Shown: positions 19,360 to 31,505 of the stretch, in pieces
Layout: the number at the start of each line of letters is the position of its first letter
Position numbering within the stretch: position 1 is the stretch's first letter
DNA from: an uncultured Planctomycetota bacterium
GTDB taxonomy: Bacteria; Planctomycetota; Planctomycetia; Isosphaerales; Isosphaeraceae
DNA: 64,000 nt
NCBI GenBank assembly: GCA_963823665.1
Contig: CAWGMQ010000008.1
Span: 96,001-160,000 of the forward strand
Direction: 5' to 3'
Notes under the pieces: generated by a model
What the model was told of the DNA's origin: nothing
Seen by the model: only the letters and a program-made list of their open reading frames with translations
Database searches by the model: none
Program-made: the position numbers and the translations under genes

Positions 19360-20529
19360 TTGCCGGCTCTGCGGAGTTTTCCTATGTGTGCTACCAGGCG
19401 ACGTGGGTTCACCCTGGTCGAGCTCCTCGTGGTCATCTCCATCATCGCGGTGCTGATCGGGCTGTTGCTGCCGGCCGTCCAGGCGGCGCGCGAGGCGGCA
19501 CGACGTGCCGCGTGCTTGAACAATTTGAAGCAGATCGGGCTGGCGATGCAGAATTATCACGAGTCCATCAACCGTTTCCCGCAAGGGCACTCCCAGGCCG
19601 CCAGCATGCCCGGATACGGCGACAAATTGTATGCCGGCGTGACCGAGTGGAGTGCCCACGCGGAGATGCTCCAGTACATCGAAGGGGGCTCGCTCTACAA
19701 CGCGATCAACTTCTCTTTCTGCGGCGGTCTCAATTATGGCGCTCAGTGCAACGGCACGGCCTGGCGGACGCTGGTTGCGGTCTTCGTGTGCCCCTCGGAC
19801 CCCAACGCCGGCGGCGGAGCACCCGGGTTCGGCACCAACACGCCGCCCAACATCAACAGTTACCGCGGGAGCGTGGGCACCACGACGGCTGCCGGCGCGG
19901 CAACCGTGCCGGGCTATGGCGGCTGCCCGCCCGACCCGTTTCACCTCGGTGCCGGAATCCCACCTTGCCAGCCGTCGTCAACCGGCATCTTTGCGTACTG
20001 GGTTTGCTACGGGATGGCCGACTGTCGAGACGGCACCTCGCAGACTGTCGCCTTCTCGGAATCGCTGGTCGGCGATCTGGGCTCAGCCGCCACGCCACGC
20101 CATCGAAATAACTCGGTCACCGGCGTGACCGCGGCGACGCCCGCCGATGTGCTGGACGCCTCGGCAATTCCCGCAACCACACTCCAGACGGCGCTGCAGA
20201 ATTGCAGCCTCTCGTTCCTCTCGGGCGCGAATCTGACCAACTCGAATGGGAGCCGCTGGGGCTGGGGCGCCGTGTCGATGACGCTGTTTCAGACCATCGT
20301 CCCCCCCAACAACAAGAACTACCCGTGGAACGCCTGCCGCACGTCGTGTCCGGGCTGTACTGCGGATGATGCCTCCTATAGCAACGCGCAGAGCGATCAC
20401 CCCGGGGGCGCCAACGCCCTCTTTGTCGACGGCAGCGTGCGGTTCATCAAAGATTCCATCCAGCCCTATATCTGGATGAGCCTGGGAACCCGCGCCGGGG
20501 GCGAGATCGTCGACGCCAAATCGTACTGA
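19360..20529 (+). CDS. DUF1559 prepilin-type protein with H-X9-DG motif
   Basis: [54 protein letters not shown]; the real start may be the ATG near 19384. Confidence 0.95.
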   Translation: MPALRSFPMCATRRRGFTLVELLVVISIIAVLIGLLLPAVQAAREAARRAACLNNLKQIGLAMQNYHESINRFPQGHSQAASMPGYGDKLYAGVTEWSAHAEMLQYIEGGSLYNAINFSFCGGLNYGAQCNGTAWRTLVAVFVCPSDPNAGGGAPGFGTNTPPNINSYRGSVGTTTAAGAATVPGYGGCPPDPFHLGAGIPPCQPSSTGIFAYWVCYGMADCRDGTSQTVAFSESLVGDLGSAATPRHRNNSVTGVTAATPADVLDASAIPATTLQTALQNCSLSFLSGANLTNSNGSRWGWGAVSMTLFQTIVPPNNKNYPWNACRTSCPGCTADDASYSNAQSDHPGGANALFVDGSVRFIKDSIQPYIWMSLGTRAGGEIVDAKSY

Positions 20530-20578
20530 GTACAGCGGCAGAAGGAATTGCGGGAGAAGGGCGGCGCTCGCGTGGGGA

Positions 20579-20628
20579 GTCAGGCTAAAGCCTGACCTAC
20601 TCAATCGTCAGGCTCACGCCTGACCTAC
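20579..20628. repeat. Two tandem GTAG-type REP-like hairpins
   Basis: GTCAGGC-TAAA-GCCTGAC-CTAC and GTCAGGC-TCAC-GCCTGAC-CTAC; the first recurs exactly at 48991-49016. Confidence 0.8.
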
Positions 20629-20633
20629 ACGAG

Positions 20634-23587
20634 GTGAAGATGCGCCGTTGGCTGCTGATCCTTGCGATCGGCATCTTCCTGGTTCTCGCCGGCTGGCTGC
20701 TGGCGCGCGCGTATGGCGCGCGGCGTGCGCGGGTCGAGCTGGACGCCGCGCGGGCCCTCTTCGAGGCGCAGCGGTTCGACGTCGCCCGCGAGCGCCTGGA
20801 GCGGATCGCCCGGGAAAGTCCCGGGCGCGGAGACGTGGAGTATTTGTTTGGCTTCTGCGAGCGCGTGGAGAATCGGCCGGACGCGGCCCTGGCCGCGTGG
20901 GCCCGCGTTCCGGACGACGCGGCTGAAGCACCCCTGGCGGCACTGGCTTCGGGTGCGCTCGCGCTGGAAATCGGCCGCTATCGTCTGGCGGAGTCATGCC
21001 TGGAACGCGCAACCGGCATGGGCAAGAACATCGCCCTCGAAGCGCGCCAATTGCTGGGCCGGCTTCACTGGATGACGGGGCGTCGCGAAGAGTACGTGGA
21101 GTACTTGCGTTCTCTCGCCGGGCGCGAGAACGACCCGTCCGAGACGCTGCAAGTGCTCTGGAACATCGAGACCGCCGCATACCCGATCAACTCGATGCGG
21201 CAGGACCTGGCAAAGGCGCTGGCCGCGGCACCTGATGACGACCGCGTCTGGCTGGGGCTGGCGGACGTGGGCATTCGCTCGGGACAGCTCGACCTAGCAA
21301 GCGACTGGCTCGAACGCTGCGAGGGAGCACGGCCTGACGACCTGGCCATCTGGCAAGCGCGGCTCCGATGGGCGAAGGCCGCGGACCGGCCCCAAGAGGT
21401 TGCTCGCGCCGCCTTGCACCTTCCCGGGTCGAGCTTGCCCAGGGCGCGCGTGCTCGAGCTCCGGGCCTGGCTGGCCGCGCGCGCGGGAAACACACCCTTC
21501 GAGCGTGCGTCGCTCGAGGAGCTGCTGGCGCTCGATGGAGCGAATGCGACCGCGCTCGAGGGCCTGGCGGAGCTTGCCGCGCGTCGGGGCGACTTCAAGA
21601 TCGTGGCCGATCTGCGTGGCCGCAAGGCAAAAATCGACGCGATTCACGAGCAGTACCGCGCCCTCTGCAAACGGCCCGATCTCGCAGCCCACGCGGGCGA
21701 GCTGGCCCGGGGGGCCGAAGGATTGGGCCGGACGTTTGACGCCCTCGCCTGGTGGCGGCTGGCCGCGCATCTCGACCCGAAAACGTCGGCCGAAGCCGGG
21801 GCGGCTCGCACGCGGCTCGAATCGCAGAAACCCGCAGCCCGGCCTGACGGAAAAACGCTCGCGGAACTTCTTGCCGTCGAACCGCCAATCGCGCGTCCCA
21901 AGACTGCGGCGCCGGCAGAACTACACATCCCAACTTTCACCGAGGAGGCGGCGGCACGCGGGCTGGACTTCACATTTGATAATGGCCAGAGCGAGGCGCA
22001 CCAGCTTCCCAAGACGATGAGCGGCGGCGTGGCTGTCCTGGACTTTGACGGCGACGGCTGGCTCGATGTCTATGCCATCGGAGGGGGCCCATTCCCACCA
22101 AAGCAAGCACGTCCGCCGTTCATGGACCAGCTCTTCCGCAATATGGGCGGCGGAAAGTTCAAAGATGTAACGGCAGCGTCGGGACTCTCAGGCGAGCCTG
22201 GCGGCTACGGCCAGGGGATCGCCGTGGGAGATTACGATAACGACGGCCGCAGCGACCTGTTCGTGACCCGCTGGGGCTCATACGCTCTTTATCGCAACCT
22301 TGGCCAGGGCCGATTCCAGGACGTCACGGCGCGAGCGGGTCTTGCCGGGCCGCGCGATTATCCCACCGGGGCAGCGTGGGCCGACCTCGATAACGACGGC
22401 GATCTCGATCTCTACGTTTGCCATTATCTGAAATGGGATGCGGCAAGCTCTCCGCTCCACCACGATCCGTCGCGGCCCGGCAGCACGTACGCCGACCCGC
22501 GGGAGTTCCCGGCTGTACCCGATCACGTCTTTCGCAACGACGCCGGAGGATTCGTCGACGTGACCAGGCAAGCGGGTATCATTGACCGCGAAGGCCGTGG
22601 CCTCGGCGTCGTGGCCGCCGACTTCGACTACGACGGCAAGATCGACATCTTCGTGGCCAACGACGGGGCGCCCAACTTCTTTTTCCACAACCAGGGAGCC
22701 TTCCGGTTCTCCGAGGAGGGACAGCTTTCCGGCCTCTCGACTAGCTCCAGCGGCGGCTACTCCTCCGGAACGGGCATCGCGTGCGGCGACTTCAACGGCG
22801 ACGCCCGGCTCGATCTGGCTCTCTCCCATTCTTATGGCGAATCCACCACGCTCTACCACAATCTGAGCACCGCCCTGTTCTCGGACCGGACAGAAGCAGC
22901 CGGGCTCGCCGCGCCCACCCGTTTCGTGCGTGGCTTCGGGCTTGCTGCGTTTGACGCGAACAACGACGGCGCGCTCGACCTCGCCCAGGCAAACGGACAT
23001 ACCAACGATTATCTGCCCGCCATGCCGTACGCCATGGCCGCGCAGGTTTTTCTCGGCGACGGCACGGGCAAGCTGCGCGACGTTTCCTCGAAGGCAGGCG
23101 AGCCCTGGAACGTGCTCCGCCTGGCCCGCGGTCTCGCGACCGGTGACTTTGACAATGACGGCCGCGTCGATCTGCTGATCGTCGCGGAAAATGCGCCGCT
23201 GGCGCTTTTTCACAACGGAGGCAGCGAGCAAACCGGATCTGCGCGAATCTCGCCCGGGCACTTCGTGACGATCTTGCTCGAGGGAACCGACTCCAACCGC
23301 GATGGCGTGGCGCGCGCGTGGCCTTGACGGCCTCGGGGAAAACACAAGTGCTGGAGCGCACCGGTGGCGGCAGTTACCTTTCCGCAAGCGACGGACGCCT
23401 TCACTTCGGCCTGGGCAAGGCCGAGAGGGTCGATCGCATCGCCGTGAAATGGCTTACGGGACATGTTGATGTCTTCAAGGACCTGCGGGGGGATACGGGT
23501 TATCTGCTGCGGGAAGGCGATTTGACCGCCAAGGCACTGCGGGGTTTCGCCCCGGACGACTCCATCAAGCTGAGCCGCGGAAAGTGA
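20634..23587 (+). CDS. TPR + FG-GAP + ASPIC/UnbV (CRTAC1-like) protein (frameshift near 23320)
   Basis: Repeated DFDGDGWLD, DYDNDGRSD and DLDNDGDLD motifs; C-terminal GGGSYLSASDGRLHFGLG in ORF 23318-23587. Confidence 0.9.
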
Positions 23588-23639
23588 ACGACGCACCTTA
23601 GGAGTGTTCGACCCCCAGGCTCTCTGAGCCGTGCGCACG

Positions 23640-23691
23640 TCTCGGAGACCTTCGGTCGCACCGGAGGACGGGGTCGGAGACCCGCGCCAAC
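23640..23691. repeat. Single diverged copy of the 67-bp repeat unit found at 41.9 kb
   Basis: TCTCGGAGACCTTCGGTC...GGGGTCGGAGACCCGCGCC. Confidence 0.75.
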
Positions 23692-23772
23692 GAGATCGTG
23701 CGGCCGGCGGTTCGTGAAGGTATAGTATCGGGATGTCGCTTTGATGCCACCCGCCCCGCGAGCCCCTACGCG

Positions 23773-26700
23773 ATGAGGATGCCGATCACTTACGGACTGG
23801 CCGCGCTTTCGCTGCTCTTGGCCGGCTGGAATGCATCCGCTGGCGCAGACGCGATCGACTTCGATGCCACCGTTGCCCCGCTGCTCGCCAGGAGGTGCCT
23901 GGACTGTCACTCGGGTACCGAGCCCAAGGGCAAGCTCGACCTGTCGCGCCGCAGCAGCGGCGCTCGCCGGCGGCGAGAGCGGCAAGGTGATCGTGCCGGG
24001 CAAGCCCGACGAGAGCTTGCTCTGGGAACGGGTCTTGTCCGACGAGATGCCGCCAAAAACGCCATTGCCCGACAGCGAGAAGGCGGTGCTGCGAACGTGG
24101 ATCGCCACCGGTGCGGGCTGGGGCACCGATCCGATTGACGCCTTCCAGACGACAACCGCCGCCGCGCCGGCCGCGATTGGTGGTCGCTTCAACCCATGAG
24201 GCAGCACAATCCGCCGTCCGTGCGCAACCGCGACTGGGTGCGCACGCCGATCGATCGTTTCATTCTCAAGAAGCTGGAAGCACAACGGCATCTCGCCCAC
24301 GCCCGAGGCCGATCGCCGCACGCTCATTCGCCGCGTGTGCTTCGATCTCACCGGGCTGCCGCCGGAGCCGGACGCGATCGATGCGTTTATACGTGATGAT
24401 TCCCCCGATGCCTATTCCCGTATGCTCGACCGATACCTGGCCTCGCCGCAATACGGAGTGCGCTGGGCGCGCTGGTGGCTCGACCTGGCCCGCTACGGTG
24501 AGAGCAACGGATTCGAGTTCGACGAGTTCCGCCCGGCTGCCTGGCGTTATCGCGACTGGGTGGTCGACTCGCTCAATCACGATCGTCCTTACGACGAATT
24601 CGCCCGGCTGCAACTGGCCGGTGACGTTTTGCGCCCGAGACGACGCAGACGCCATCGCCGCGACCGGCTTCCTGGTTGCCGGGGCTTTTGACACCGTCGG
24701 CCAGACCCAGCAGTCGCTTGTCATGCGCGCTGTCGTGCGCAGCGACGAGATCGAAGACCTGGTCGGGACCGTCGGGCAAACATTTCTCGGCGTGACGGTC
24801 AACTGCGCTCGCTGCCACGACCACAAGTTCGACCCGATCCGACAGACGGAATACTATCGCATCGCGTCGGCGCTCTCTGGCGTGCGGCACGGCGAGCGCG
24901 ATCTCTCGGCATTCGACCGAAGGGCGGCCGCTTCAAGAATACAGATCAAGGAGTTGCAATCGCAGGTCGCAGCCATCGAACGGCCCGCGCGCGATCAGAT
25001 TCTCGCGACGCGTCCGAAGGTTGATTCCACGCCGCCGGATCCGGTCGCGGCCTGGAACTTCGAGGCCGGGCTCGTCAACGTGAAGGGCGGAGTCGAGCTT
25101 GCACTCGAGGGGGGCGCCAGGCTGACGCCGGTGGGGCTCGAGTGCGGGGGTGGAGCGGCGATGGCCAGGTCGACGCCGCTGGATCTCAAGCTTTCGAGCA
25201 AGACGATCGAGGTCTGGGTGCAGCTCGACAATCTCTCGCAGCGGGGCGGGGGCGCGATGACGATCGCGACGCGAGACGGTCTTGTCTTTGATTCGATTGT
25301 CTTCGGTGAACGCGAGCCAATCCGGTGGATGGCCGGCAGCGAGGGATTCAGCCGTTATCAGAGCGTTTCGGGCCCGGCAGAGAAAGACGCTCTCAACGTG
25401 CCCGTGCACATGGCGATCACGTACGGGGCCGACGGCACGATTCGCGTTTATCGCGACGGGCGTGCCGTACGGCACTGCGTACAAGGCCGCGAAACCGACG
25501 GTCTTCGCGCCGGAGAGACGGTGATTCTCTTCGGCCAGAGACACACGCCACCCGGCGGCAACCGCGGGCTCTCCGGCACGCTGCTCCGCGCCCGGCTGTA
25601 TGACCGGGCGCTCGAGCCTCGCGAAGTTGCGGCCTCGGCGGCGAGCTTCCGCGAATACATCCCTTCGAGCGCGATCGTCGCCGCCCTCATGCCGGAGCGT
25701 CGCGCGCAGCGCGCCAGGCTCCTGGACGCGATCGAGCGGCTGCGCTCCTCGTCCACGGCCAACCCGCGTGTTTACGCCATCGCGGCCAGGGAAGCCGGGC
25801 CGACGCACATCGAGATCCGCGGGAATCCCAATCAGCCCGGAGACGTGGTGAGCCCGGGCGGAATCGCCGCGATCGTCGCGCCGGGGAGCGATTTCGGGCT
25901 TGAGCCCGATGCACCGGAAGGCCCGGCGGCGCGCAGCGGCTGGCGTCGTGGATTTGCAGCGCCGCAGAACCCGCTCTTCGCGCGGGTCGTGGTCAACCGG
26001 CTCTGGCAGGCACACTTCGGCACGGGCCTGGTCGAGACGTCGAGCGATCTCGGCTTCAACGGCGGCACGCCGTCGCACCCGGAGTTGCTCGACTGGCTCG
26101 CGGCGCGAGATGGTCGACGCAAGGCTGGAGCCTGAAGGCGATGCACAGGCTGATCGTGACGTCGGCCGCGTATCCGACAGGCGTCGCGGTCTGGACGCTC
26201 AGGCCGCCGAGCAAGGACGCCGGCAATCGCTTGCTCTGGCGCAAGGCCCCGATGCGGCTCGAGGCCGAGATGGTTCGCGATGCGATGCTCGCGGTCTCGG
26301 GTGTGCTCGACCCCAGGCTGGGCGGCCCGAGCTTCTCGCGATCACTCGGACATCGTCAAGGCGCCCGGAACGCCGGCGATCCTGTATGCGGCAGTCGACC
26401 CCAGAACGCCGGGACTCAACCGGCGGACGCTTTTCCGGGCATGGGCTCGCGGCGGCCGAAGCCACTTGCTCGACGCGTTCGACTGCCCCGATCCGTCGAC
26501 TTCGGCACCGCGACGGGCCGTCACGACCACGCCGCTTCAGGCGCTCTCGTTGATGAACAATGCCCTGGTGCTTCATCTGTCCGAGGCTTTCGCCGCTCGG
26601 CTGGCGCGCGAAGCCGGGCAACGACGCCGGCCGCCAGGTCGAGCGAGCGTACCGGCTGGCGCTTGGCCGTGAGCCTGAGCCCGACGAGCGAGCCGTGGCG

Positions 26701-26781
26701 GTGCGCGTGGTCGAGCGGTCGGGCCTGCCGACGCTCGCGCGGGCGATCTTCAATTGCAACGAATTCCTCTACCTTGATTGA
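23773..26781 (+). CDS. Planctomycete cytochrome c / DUF1549-DUF1553 protein with LamG-like insert (multiple frameshifts)
   Basis: [83 protein letters not shown], spread over several frames. Confidence 0.85.
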
Positions 26782-26800
26782 TCGGCTGCAGGAGAACGCG

Positions 26801-28225
26801 ATGGATCGTCGCGAGTTTCTTTCCTGGGTGCAAGGCGGCCTGGCCGGCGCCGCGGCGGCATCGCTGCTCTTGCGTGACGGATCGGTCGCAGGCCGGCGAG
26901 CCGGCGAGGCGAGCCCGCCTTGCCCGCACTTTCCGCCGAAGGCGACCCGCGCCCTTCACATCTGCCTGTGCGGGGCGATGAGCCATATCGACACGTTTGA
27001 CTACAAGCCGGGCCTGATCGCCGCGCACGGCAAGTCGCTCAAGTCGTCGACCAGGCCCGACATCTTCTTCGGCCAGGTCGGCCGGCTGCGCCGGCCGGAC
27101 TGGACGTTTCGCCAGCGCGGCCAGAGCGGCCTCTGGGTCTCGGACCTGTTTCCCCACCTGGGCGCAGGTCGCCGACGAGCTGACGGTGATCCGGTCGATG
27201 GTCGCCGACACCTCGAACCACACGCCGGCGACGTTTCAGGAGAACAGCGGCTTTCGCTTGAACGGCTTTCCCGGCCGGGGCATGGCTTCGCTACGGGCTG
27301 GGCAGCGAGTCGGACGACTTGCCGGCGTTTGTGGTGATTCCGGATGCGCGCGAGTTTCCCGCCGGCGGCGCGATCAACTGGACCAACGGCTTTCTGCCCG
27401 CGCGGCATCAGGGCGTGGTGATTCGGCCGCAGGGCGAGCCGATCGACGATCTGTTCCCTGCCACGCCCGATCGACTCGGAATCGGAGGCCGGCACTCGCG
27501 AGCTGGTGGCGGCCATGAACCGCCGCCACCTCGCGCGGCACCCCGGCGACGATGCGCTCGCGGCCCGCATTCGGGGCTACGAGATGGCCGCGCGGATGCA
27601 GATCTCGGTTCCGCTGGTCGCCGACTTGAAGGAAGAGAAAGCGGAGACGCTCTCGCTTTATGGCATCGACCGCAAGGAGTCGGCCGATTTCGGCCGCGCG
27701 TGTCTGATGGCCCGGCGGCTGCTCGAACGCGGGCGTGCGGTTCGTGCAAGTTTACTCCGGCGGCACGTTCGGCAGCCCGCGGCGGAACTGGGACGGGCAT
27801 GAAGACATGAAGGCCAACCACGGCCAGGAAGCCGGGCGGATCGATCGGCCGCGTCGCGGGCTTGCTGCGCGATTTTCGCCGCCGCGGGCTGCTCGAGGAT
27901 ACGCTCGTCCTGTTCACGACCGAGTTCGGCCGCACGCCGTTCTCGGAGTCGGGGACTGACATCGGTCGGCCTGGGCCGCGATCACAACCCGCACGGCTTC
28001 AGCGTCTGGCTCGCCGGCGCCGGGCTCAAGCACGGCATGGCCTATGGCTCGACCGACGAGATCGGCTGGAAAGCGGCCGAGAATATCGTCACCTGGCCCG
28101 ACTTTCATGCCACGGTGCTGCATCTCCTGGGAATCGATCACAAGCGATTGACGTTTTATCACAATGGAATTCAGCGGCGGCTGACCAACGTGCATGGCGA
28201 GGTGATCAAGGCGATTCTGGCGTGA
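26801..28225 (+). CDS. DUF1501 family protein with Tat-like signal (multiple frameshifts)
   Basis: [65 protein letters not shown]. Confidence 0.85.
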
Positions 28226-28253
28226 GGCCGGATGCGAGAGGAGACTCAACACC

Positions 28254-29774
28254 ATGGCACAATCCCGCAAGCGGTTCGGCCGGTTGTTTTACGCGACATG
28301 CGTGATCGCGATACTTGCGACCGTGGTCGCGCTGTTCTGGCAGCCGCTGGCAATTCAAGTTCTCGCCTGGCGATTGACCAGGCAATTGCGCGACCCGGTC
28401 GCCGCGACCCGTCGCGACGCGGCCACCGAGCTTGTGCGGCTTGGTCCCTCGGCGACATCCTGGGTCGTCCGGGCGATGCGTGATCGCGATCCTCAGGTGC
28501 GAGCCGACGCGTGTTCGATTCTGCTGCAAACGACGCCGAATGATCCGGCAGGGGCCGTCGCGGCGCTGCTCGCCGCCGCGGGGGACAGTGATTCCGGCGT
28601 TCGCGCCGCCGCAGTGGCGCAGCTCGAAACGTTTCTCAGCCGCTATGGTGCGATGGTTGCACCAAGCGTTCGGGATCAAGCCCTGCTGCGCCTTTGTGAC
28701 TTGCTCGACGACGAATCTCCGCAGGTTCGCCGCCGGGTTCTCACGAGCTTCTTCATGGTCGGTCCACGGGCGAAGAATGTGGTGGGTAAGCTCGATCGCT
28801 CGCTCGAAGACGCCGATAAATCGTTGCGCGTCGCGGCCGCGGCAGCCATGCTTCGTATCGATCCGGATGCAACCCGTGCTCGCGTGAGCGTGGCCATGTC
28901 GTCATTGCTCACCGATCCGTCGGTGCGAATGGAGCACTGGCGATTGGTAGCGTCCCTGGTTCGTGCGCAAGGAGAAGACGCGACCGCCGAGCTGCTGATC
29001 AAGCACCTGGAACACCCGGATCGCCAGGCGCGAAGGCAGGCGACTTGACGACTTGATCGCACATTGTGCTGCGGGAAAGGGCACACGAGCCGCTATGCTT
29101 GAGGTCTTGAACGGCGGCGACGCGGGCATGAGTGAGGAGGCCGCGTTCTACTTTTTGAAAACCGAGCCGGCCATGGTCGCAAAAGCCGTTGAAATGTTGG
29201 CGAAACAAATTGTTCATCCGGACGAGGGGAGCTATCTGGCGTGGGATCTGGTCAAGAAAGCGAGAGAAGCGTCTCCGGACTCGATGGAGCTGCTCGCGTC
29301 GAAGCTGCTGGATCTCCTGGCCCACTCGCCCACGGCCGATGGCCGCGTGTTTGCGATCACCGCGCTTGGAGAGATCGGGCCGAAGGCTGCGCTTGCCGTA
29401 CCCGCGCTGCTTGAGCTTTCGAGTGGGAAGAACCTGGACGTCGCGACACGGGCGGTCGCGTCGCTCGTGAAAATCGATCCGCAGCGGCCGCCGCCAGGGT
29501 GCCGTCGCTCATCGAGTGGATGAGGGCGGGGCAGGGTGCCCACGTTCGGCTCCGCGCGATGGCTGCACTGCGTGACCTGGGCTCGGCGGCCTCGAGTGCG
29601 ATTCCGGTCCTGCTCGACATTGCGGACGAGGACGACCTGGCGATCTCAACGGGTGCGATCGAAGCTGTCTCGCGGATCGATCCCGTGACGGGAAGGACGC
29701 TCAAGCAGTCGATTGCACGCGGTGAGATCGGGACCAATGATCGCGCGGCGAGCGCGGTTTCCGGAGCCGCCTAG
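28254..29774 (+). CDS. HEAT-repeat protein with N-terminal TM anchor (frameshifts near 29045 and 29490)
   Basis: Repeats such as [22 protein letters not shown] and [17 protein letters not shown] across three consecutive ORFs. Confidence 0.75.
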
Positions 29775-29795
29775 ACACACGCCCGACTAGGAGAT

Positions 29796-29821
29796 CCCTT
29801 CGCGGAGCGAAGGGCGACAAT
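29796..29821. repeat. REP-like hairpin between convergent genes (possible terminator)
   Basis: CCCTTCGC-GGA-GCGAAGGG-CGACAAT; near-identical copies at about 45170-45195 and 45217-45242. Confidence 0.7.
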
Positions 29822-29838
29822 GAATCTCGGCTAGCGCC

Positions 29839-30540
29839 TCACGGCGCACCGACGGCCTTGGCGATGACGAACGCCGCGGTTGCTGCGAGGCCGCCGACGA
29901 CGACGGTTTGCCAGGCGCTTCGGAAAGGTCTGGGGGTGGTGAAGCGACCCTTGATGTAGCCGAAGACGAAGAGGGCGATCAGAGTCACGATGATCGAGCC
30001 GATGAGCGCGGAGTAAACGGACTTCATGAAGAAGTAGGGTGCGAGCGGGACCATGCCCCCGGCGACGTAGGAGAGTGCGATGGTGAAGGCGCTTCGGCTT
30101 GCTCGCTTCGGGTCTGGTTCCTCGAGACCGAGCTCGAACCGCATCATGAAATCGACCCAGGTCTTGCGGTCGGAACAGATGGCGCTGACGACAGGCGCAA
30201 GCAACTCGTCGGCCAGCCCGTAGAGCCGCAAGACGTCGGCGATCTCGGCCTCCTCGACGTCGGGAACCTCGACGATTTCTCGTTCTTCTCGGGCTCGCTC
30301 GGATTCAAAATGCTCGGCGTCGGTGCGTGCGGCGAGGTAGCCGCCCAGTCCCATCGCGATCGCGCCGGCGGCGACCTCGGCCAAGCCGGCCGTGACAATA
30401 ATGGCGTTCGAGGCCACGGCCCCGGAGAAGCCAGCAGCCAGAGCGAACGGAACCGTCAGGCCGTCGGACATGCCGATCACGATGTCGCGGACCGATGCCG
30501 AGGCGGTGAAGTGTTTTTCGATGTGGGCGGTCTGAGGCAC
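29839..30540 (-). CDS. VIT1/CCC1 family iron/manganese transporter
   Basis: VRDIVIGMSDGLTVPFALAAG, GLAEVAAGAIAMGLGGYLA, FMMRFELG. Confidence 0.93.
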   Translation of the reverse strand: MPQTAHIEKHFTASASVRDIVIGMSDGLTVPFALAAGFSGAVASNAIIVTAGLAEVAAGAIAMGLGGYLAARTDAEHFESERAREEREIVEVPDVEEAEIADVLRLYGLADELLAPVVSAICSDRKTWVDFMMRFELGLEEPDPKRASRSAFTIALSYVAGGMVPLAPYFFMKSVYSALIGSIIVTLIALFVFGYIKGRFTTPRPFRSAWQTVVVGGLAATAAFVIAKAVGAP

Positions 30541-30663
30541 TGGGCTCTCTCTTTCGGGGAGAATGATCGTCTGCGCTCCTTCGTCCCATCTCGGTCCTGT
30601 TGTGGCGGAGGTTCAGTACTAGCGAATTGATGCGGGTGCGGTCAACTGGCTCGTAGGGAACTC

Positions 30664-31296
30664 CTACGTGGCTTGATGATCGCTCGCGGGCCGACCGGGA
30701 ATGCTCGGTTCATGCTCATAAAGTTCGGGCTTCTCAGCTTCATTGGGTAAGGGAACTTTTCTGAGTATCTCGGACCACACTCGGAGAAATCGCTTCACGT
30801 CCTTGTGCGTCGCCGGCAAGCTCGGGTCTTCGACGGAGACCTGCTTCGTTTTCTTGTTGTGCGTGATGGCGATGGTCATTCGCGAAATGTCCGAACCACC
30901 GCTCAAATAGTGATTTCGGAGACTGTCAAATTCGGCGTTCCTGACTTTGGCCATGATCTCTGCGAGGTCTTCCTGAGATAGCTTGGTTTCTGTCTTCCTC
31001 CACTGCCCGTCGTGCTCGACAAAGACCTCCTTCACCACCTTGCCGTCGCCGGTTATGGTGACTTTCCAGAGCAGCCAGAGGCTCTCGCTGCCAAGGTGAG
31101 AGGCCACAATTTTGAGGTCGACCGCGCCAGAATTGTTACCCTTCGGAACCGCCGATTGCCGGCAACCGAAAAGGAACGCAATCGGCAGAGAGGCCAGGAT
31201 CAGAATCGTTGGCGAACGCACGATCGCGGACTCCTGATTCACGATGGGACGGCACATGGTCTGCTCGGGCTCGCTCCGTTCCGAATTCTCCTGCAC
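30664..31296 (-). CDS. Putative lipoprotein
   Basis: Hydrophobic stretch ending in lipobox LFGC; the start may be later than annotated. Confidence 0.6.
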   Translation of the reverse strand: MQENSERSEPEQTMCRPIVNQESAIVRSPTILILASLPIAFLFGCRQSAVPKGNNSGAVDLKIVASHLGSESLWLLWKVTITGDGKVVKEVFVEHDGQWRKTETKLSQEDLAEIMAKVRNAEFDSLRNHYLSGGSDISRMTIAITHNKKTKQVSVEDPSLPATHKDVKRFLRVWSEILRKVPLPNEAEKPELYEHEPSIPGRPASDHQAT

Positions 31297-31505
31297 GGAA
31301 GGGTCGTGTGCAACGTGGGAACAGCGTCAGGATTCGAGGCATAAAGTTGTTCAACCATTATGGCAAATTCCTGACCGAACCGAGCGGTAGTCTGCTCAGG
31401 GCGGACCGCACTCGGACGAACACGAGTGAGTGTGAAAGGATCATCATGGTACTTCCGGCGGCGTGGAGATGGTCGAGCGATCCGGGCGAATTCACTTTGT
31501 TTGAA

